Assembly: GCF_036588685.1 (NCBI RefSeq)
Contig: NC_086379.1
Span: 80,166,001 to 80,230,000, forward strand
DNA from: Mytilus trossulus
Lineage: Eukaryota
Length of the DNA stretch: 64,000 nt
Direction of reading: 5' to 3'
Under the pieces are notes generated by a model that was not told the DNA's origin, ran no database searches, and was given only the letters and a program-made list of their open reading frames with translations. Shown here piece after piece: positions 57,355-64,000 of this stretch (within the stretch, counting starts at the first letter, position 1; each line of letters starts with the position of its first letter). The position numbers and the translations under genes are program-made.

Positions 57355-57544
57355 CTGACCGATGAAGACATGGGAACATGATGTCCATTCTCAACTTGTA
57401 TTCTAGCTTTATGATCGGAAACTATTTTCTCGTAAGTTGAGTTTTTCCTGCGTCTAGTTACACATCTTCTCCAGACAACAAATGCTATAACAGCTCCAAG
57501 TAAGGTACCACATATAGCTCCAGCAATTGGAATTACCAAAGGCA
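57355..57544 (-). CDS. SYT15: Synaptotagmin-15-like, transmembrane-domain exon (xPLVIPIAGAICGTLLGAVIAFVVWRRCVTRRRKNSTYEKIVSDHKARIQVENGHHVPMSSSV)
   Basis: Acceptor tttttgtag|TG and donor AG|gtatgt; 190 nt, phase 1 in and phase 2 out. Encodes a hydrophobic helix followed by WRRC, a basic patch and TYEKI, resembling the SYT15 N-terminus (WRRFC..TYEEL, from recall). Phase matches the exon at 27762. Confidence 0.88.
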
Positions 57545-57588
57545 CTACAAAAAAATAAAGAACAACACTTTAATAATGATATCTAATC

Positions 57589-58072
57589 CTAGTGTCTTTT
57601 TGTTGTCGGGATGTACAAGTTCCCAGCCACGTCCACTTATATTTTTGTCCATCTGATGAGTTAAGCCCTTTTTAACTGATTTTTCTAGTTCATTCTTATG
57701 TTTTACTGTTATACCACTGTCCCAGGCTAGAGGGAGGGTTGGGATCGCGGCGCTAACATGTTTAACTCTGCCACATTATTTATATATGCCTGTCCCATGT
57801 CAGGAGCCTGTAATTCAGTGGTTGTCGTTTGTTTAAGTGTTATATATTTGTTTTTCGTTCATTTTTTAATTTAAATAAGGCCGTAAGTTTTCTCGTTTTC
57901 TCGTTTGAACTGTTTTACATTGTCTATCCGGGCCTTTTATACCTGACTATGCGGTATGGACTTTGTTCATTGTTGAAGGCCGTACGGTGACCTATAGTTG
58001 TTAATGTCTGTGTCATTTTGGTCTCTTGTGGACAGTTGTCTCATTGACAATCATACCACATCTTCTTTTTTA
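57589..58072 (-). repeat. Dispersed repeat family B (head AAAAAGAAGATGTGGTATGATTGCCAATGAGACAAC), longest copy
   Basis: Homologous copies at approximately 1790-1920(+), 4730-4990(+), 16727-16945(-), 23107-23300(+), 29238-29505(+), 31334-31460(+), 41917-42176(+) and 57034-57205(+). Confidence 0.9.
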
Positions 58073-59602
58073 TATGTAGTAAAAACAAGATTGTTTATTT
58101 CGAAGGTTGTTCAAAGAAACCGGAATCTAATTTAAAAATACTAGCATATAAAAATCAGCCATAAAATAGACAGACTTGGGTGTACACAAGGAATTCTGTT
58201 GAAGTGGCTACAAAAAAATTAAACTGATCGGAAATTCAAGGAAAAGTAAACTCACTAAATTACGGAACTCTGAGGAAATTTCAAAACGGAAAGTCCCTAA
58301 TCAAATGGCAAAATCAGAAGCTTAAACAAATCAAATGAATGGACAACACATGTCATACTCCTGACATAATACAGTCATTCTCTTATGTAGAAATGTTTTT
58401 AAAGGTAGCTAAACCTCTCACTTGTAGGACAGTGATGTGTGAACAAAACAAACAGACTTAAATCAATAGGTACAAATGTCAAGAATAGGGGTGCAGGAGT
58501 CAAAATTATGCTTAATACAGCTTTTTTCAGCTACATCTCGAATTCCAATATAAATTCAATAAAACACAGAAAGGGTATATAGATAGCATAAATATGTCTT
58601 ATTTTTTCAAAGCTCTATTATTGAGATTTGATTGCAGCTTGTAGGTATGTAATAATACGTTGGTATTTCACATCCATCTATGTACTTTAAATATATTATG
58701 TTTGCTTATTAGACCGACGTTGTTCAATCACCGTGTCTGGTATTTCCGAGAGTTGTACGGCTATTCTTGGCGTTGTATAAGCTAGTGTATTTCTGTTCTG
58801 TTTTAAAGTTATCGGATGAAATATCATTATAAGTACAGCAACCGATAATGAGGGAAGGACTGCATAATTTGATTTCAGCATGTTAACTACTCCTTTAAGC
58901 TAAAGTTGCTCTCAGTTAGTCTTTGATACGGATGATACTATTATTTTTAGTTTATTAAACAGAAAAATGAACAACAGCAAATATCTACAGAACAAAACCT
59001 TTGCAAACTTATTAAGTCAAACTGTGTAAAATAATAAGCTTCCAGAATGAGTGATAGATCATATTCCTGTAACGTCAATACATTGATGTCACACTGTTCT
59101 AAGAAGTTGAGAAACTGATGTTTTAAATTGTAAGTTTTATGGATAATGTTTTGTTTTATAATATTTAAGATATTTCATATCGTTCTATATTAGTTCTATA
59201 TTGGTGTTTTTTTTTATATTTCAGGCAATATGGTTGTGACAATTCAATTTAATTTTCTTCTTTAAATTAGACATACGCAATACTTTTGTTCTTATTTCTT
59301 TATTAAAATAACAACAATTTATTCAAAGTTGAGATGATGTTTTATTTCAGAAGCATGAATTGATTACAAAATATAAACAAATAGTCAAAGATTTAATACG
59401 TCACCTACATTACATCAAAATCATTCCAATTAGTGTTTGAATATTTCGTTATCAATATCTAGCGGATCACGAGTATATATACTATTGTTTGTGAGGAGAC
59501 GAGCAGTTTTATGTATTCAATAAATGGGCAAATGTTGACCCTGCATACAATCATTGACGCACATTCAAGAAGGACTCACTATAAAATCGCCACATAATAG
59601 AT

Positions 59603-59743
59603 AAAATTGAGAATGGAAATGGGGAATGTATCAAAGAAACAACAACCCGGCCATAGAAAAAACAACAGCAGAAGGTCACCAACAGGTCTTCAATGTAACG
59701 AGAAATTCCCGCACCCGGAGGCGTCCTTCAGCTGGACCCTAAA
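59603..59743 (+). repeat. Dispersed repeat family D (head AAATTGAGAATGGAAATGGGGAATG)
   Basis: Homologous copies at approximately 13826-13990(-), 40026-40100(+), 49375-49465(+), 49733-49870(+) and 56075-56290(-, with an internal ~58-bp duplication). Confidence 0.85.
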
Positions 59744-62056
59744 CTCATAGAGTTTTCAGGGAAACGTAGGATTTGACTTTCCTAATCAATTCCCTACCGG
59801 ATGATTATCAGACAAGCGTCAAAGTTTTTTTGTTTTTGTTAAACAATTTCTTGGTACCTTGTATGATCATTAAAGTATTGCGTTTCCGATAATGTGTTGA
59901 TGAACAATATACTTTCCCTTCAGTCAACCTATGGCATATAATCCGTCAGACACCCCTTCGAACTTTTCATTTTTAATATCTGCAAGTGGTGGCATATTAA
60001 TTTGTCATATGATTTGGTTATAAGACGTCGACTTGTATTTTTTACAGGATGTTATATATAAAAAAAACCAATCCTAAATCAAATTTAAAGGGACACAAGA
60101 AATCGTGAATAGTTACATTAAAAATACTTAAATTATTCACATACACACTGAAAATGAAATATTACGAGAAAAAAAGAAGATATCTATATCATTTCAAATG
60201 ACTTTATTGTGAAGAAAATTTGGTGTGACATCACTTTGATATGTCTCTGTAGAATGATATTGAACTTAGTTTGAATTTTCTATGATTAGGCTAGCATAGA
60301 ACTTGTTTATTAGAACACCATTTAATATGAGAGTTCAAGCGATGTTCTCGCGTGTAATACTGGCATTTCAAAGAACTGGTTCGTGCATTATTGTTTTAAA
60401 ACCTTACTTATAAGTATGTACCAATAGTATAATGGTAATGATGGTTAGTTGGCTTTCATGGTAGTACATTATGTACCAGAAAAGGACAATAAAAGAAGGA
60501 TAACTCAAATTTATAAAACAGCATTTAGCATGTGATCAATGTTCAATAATGTTTCATCAATATCAATCACATTTGCTGGTCTGATATTTGATCGTACGTT
60601 AACATAGAATAAAATATAAAATACTACTAGTATTAAGAATGGTCAAAGATAGTGCTACTTAGTATACTGACAGATATTTTTTGACAAGCAAATATTTGTT
60701 TTGCATTGACACTATTATTTTTCTTCTTTTTTATATATCCTTCCGGAATTGTTGTTAACATACTCTCTGATAATCACCACCAACTTTAGAGTCTAAATTA
60801 TATAACATACAAGCGTATGGTCATCAGATAAAACTGGTTTCAACTCCAAATTACCAGCAAATAAAAAAAACCCAACTATTACGAACATTTGACGTCCGAA
60901 AATGTGACATTCTATACTACCCAATTGACCAATAGCCTGAGCAAAAAGTTTTTATTCTCACTAATTCAAAGTGTTATTCAATCGATACAGAACAACGCAT
61001 TTAGGAGGTCCAACATTACACAACAAACTCAAATATGAGCATAGCGTATGCAGAATTTTTTTAGAAAAGAGGTTCCTATAATGTTGGTTTACTAGAAATA
61101 CTATTTATCTCAATATAAAACTAGGTACAAACTCGTCATTTGCAAAAACAAAATCAATAAGTAAGAATACATGACAGGCTAGGTGCCATCGGAGAATGAC
61201 AGTTCAACAACCCATTCGTCCTAATTACCATAAGAAGGCCACACACAAAAGTTTTAAACGTCCATAAGATAGCTCAGAATGCACAAGGTCTCGTTTTCGT
61301 CTTGAACTATTCAAAGAGTAAAAAGTTCTCATGTCAACAGTTATTATACACCGAGCGGTTTGTTTCGTCATTGTCTAACAAGAGTTTTCAATGCTTTATC
61401 ACTCATGTCTTCATTGGTCCATCTTGCTTAAGTAATGGAATATATTTTAAAGCAATATTGTTTTACTTCTTGTTATCTATGCAAATCGAGTTACGTCCCT
61501 TACTATACAAAATACTATAATCGGTGTCTGAGAAAAGAAGAGAATAAGTTACTCAATGCAGGCAAAAGAATATATTGTATTCCACGCATTAACAAAAATT
61601 TTATACTTACTTTGAAGGTTACAAGTTATAAATATTACGTTATTATTTTGAGTCGTGATATACAACAAATGACTATATATCTGAGAACAATTATCACTTT
61701 TGCACCTCTGGGTTATTGTAAATGCTAATTCGTTTGTAATTTTAATACAAAAGACGTACTGTTTACTTATTTGATTATATTTACCACAAAATCATGACAA
61801 GAAATTTTGTAAAATATGTATGCTGCAAAGCTTAAGGCATTCAACTTTTAGTTTGTTATTCTGTATGGAAATGTAGAAAATCAAAATAAATATCGGATGG
61901 TTATAATTTGAACTTAAAATTCGTCTACCCGTTAAATTATTGTGTGTATCGATATGTTGTATAATACACTATTAGTATAATGTTAAATAAAGAAATAACA
62001 AACGAATTTACATAAGACGCGCAATGGGTTTGTTTTTCTCGATAATCACACAGTAG

Positions 62057-62277
62057 CAATAGGACTATTCACGGTTAGTTCGGCCATATTGGATAGGGGG
62101 CAGATTTTTTTGAAAGAGGTAGAAATAGTATGAAAGTGGGGGAAATCCTATGCATGTTTCTAAGCAACTGCTCTGTTTTAATGATGTGTTCCCGTATTTT
62201 TCACACCATTTCTACCTCCATTATGAAAATCTGTCCCCTATCCAACATGGCCGAACTAACCGTGAAGAGCCATATTG
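62057..62277. mobile_element. ~220-bp MITE with long (~80 bp) imperfect TIRs
   Basis: TTCACGGTTAGTTCGGCCATATTGGATAGGGGGCAGATTTT..GAGGTAGAAAT is mirrored by ATTTCTACCTC..AAAATCTGTCCCCTATCCAACATGGCCGAACTAACCGTGAA; flanked by CAAT and ATTG. Confidence 0.85.
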
Positions 62278-63738
62278 ACCAGCTCTCCTACTTGCAAGAC
62301 ATACTAAACTATCGATTCACTTTTATAACTAGCCTCAAATTGGTGAGGTATTAATGAAAATATTTAATTAAAATTTATTTGAGGATTCGTTATTCTTTTT
62401 ATAAGAAATTTTACTTTACATCAGAAATAAAACTGTGATACAGATTTTAGTACGCCTAACCGAGCTTGAAGGAATGCCAAAACATGTATGTTTAAATATG
62501 AAGTAAAGACAATGTGAAGTAAACGCCAATGGAACAGCGACCCACCAAAAGAAATATTCTAAAAAAAGAAATATTGAAGTTATACGGAAAATGAGGGTAT
62601 ATTGGATAGGGACAGACATTTTGTCTCGCAACAAGCCACCTTCGGATCTCAAAGAGATGTTACAAGGATTCCTAATGTATATAGAGCATACCACACTCTT
62701 TGCATGATGCATGATACATCGAATTTAACACCTCTATGCTGACGTGGCTACGTACTTAAACATCCCGCACAGAAAAAAAGGACGTCACACTTTGGTGAGA
62801 GTTTTACTACCAATTAAAGTAGCCCCAGTTTTATTCCCCAGCTGCCTTTGTGGTTTATGGATATAATTGTTTAATGCACCAAAACTGATTGAATATTTTT
62901 ATTTCAATTGATTACTTAACAACCATATTGTTTTCTCTATACCTTGTATTATCTAAGTTTTGTCATGCATTATACTGTTTGTATTTATATTTAGATATCA
63001 AAATGAATACATCAATTGTTCATATTTCATATTTTGATTTTTAGTCAGATTGATTTAAATATTAATGTTATTGTGAGATGTACTGTAAAAATAAACACAA
63101 CAAAAATTGAAGATAATTCAAAATTAAATTAATTATAAATGTTTTTAAATATTGAATACACATTAAATTTTTTCACATCAGTTGATAAACATATCAATAT
63201 TAACTGCTTTTGTTTTATCAGTTCCAATGATCACCGTACTGTATAAACTATATCGACCTACCAATAGTTTACAATAAAGGTGTCAAATTGTAATTTATGG
63301 ATAATAAAAAAGAATTATAAATCTAATAAAACAAATTGATTTCTCAACAATGTTAATTCAGATCTAGCCACTCGACCCAAATAAAGAAATGTGAATACAG
63401 TCCTTTTCACTCTTTTATTTTTTCAAATGTATAAAGGATCGTTTGCTATCTGAACGGAAAAATCATTAGCGATAGATACTTAAAATAAATGTGAAGATGA
63501 AGAAAAAAAATTGCGAAATACGTGTATAGATGTGTGTAATACGTTTATTATGAAGCTAAGTATGACATAGTAGTTTTACCTTTGGAAGTTACTTTCTGCC
63601 GAACGATGGTTCATTTTTATACCAAACATTTGAAAGAACCATCAATGCTTATTATTACATTGTATGGTGATATGGGGATTTGTTTTCTTCTTTCAAAAGA
63701 GCATTTCAAATTAACAAACTTGTATAGCTACAATTAGC

Positions 63739-64000
63739 TATGTGGGAAATCTGTCTGTCTGATTTGACCCAGTTATGTGGGAAATCTGTCTGTCTGATTT
63801 GACCTCATTCTGTGGGAAATCTGTCTGTCTGACTTGACCCAGTTATGTGGGAAATCTGTCTGTCTGATTTGACCCAGTTATGTGGGAAATCTGTCTGTCT
63901 GATTTGACCTCATTCTGTGGGAAATCTGTCTGTCTGACTTGACCTCATTCTGTAGGAAGTCTGTCAGTCTGATTTGACCCTATTCTGTGGTAAATTTGTC
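63739..64000. repeat. Minisatellite with 35-bp unit TMTGTGGGAAATCTGTCTGTCTGAYTTGACCYMRT, about 7.5 copies, running off the window
   Basis: Read directly from the sequence. Confidence 0.97.

Noticed and set aside
57645-57685. CTGATGAG in family B (also at ~5193-5200 on the minus strand) as a possible hammerhead
   Set aside because: A GTT/AAC stem follows but the next bases are TGAT rather than GAAA, and no stem III or cleavage site is evident.
58696-58881. 61-aa ORF with a hydrophobic N-terminus
   Set aside because: No recognisable homology and no good donor linking it to the TM exon.
63575-63630. ATG...CAAAG|gtaaaa on the minus strand as exon 1
   Set aside because: The ATG frame ends in phase 2 while the TM exon needs phase 1.

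Overview
AT-rich (roughly 30% GC by eye), repeat-dense animal genomic DNA. The repeat families look like those of a bivalve mollusc, probably Mytilus (from recall, not a search). One protein-coding gene crosses the window on the minus strand: a synaptotagmin-15 (SYT15)-like gene. Five coding exons can be chained with canonical AG/GT sites and matching phases: TM exon 57355-57544, linker 27617-27762, and C2A exons 11303-11513, 6308-6401 and 5986-6156. The first exon was not identified and the C2B exons appear to lie left of the window. Almost all other ORFs in the track are noise. The introns carry (i) a family of ~365-bp non-LTR retrozyme-type repeats with type I hammerhead ribozymes, including a ~3.2-unit tandem array at 51.7-53.0 kb and one ribozyme with a perfect core on the pre-mRNA strand at 21131-21174; (ii) a second, variant hammerhead-like motif; (iii) a decayed Tc1/mariner element with TIRs; (iv) several MITE or foldback elements; (v) five further dispersed repeat families with one fixed end; and (vi) two minisatellites. 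A good candidate internal promoter and first exon (TATA box, strong-Kozak ATG, phase-matched donor) at ~43.4-43.6 kb would produce a SYT15 isoform lacking the transmembrane anchor.
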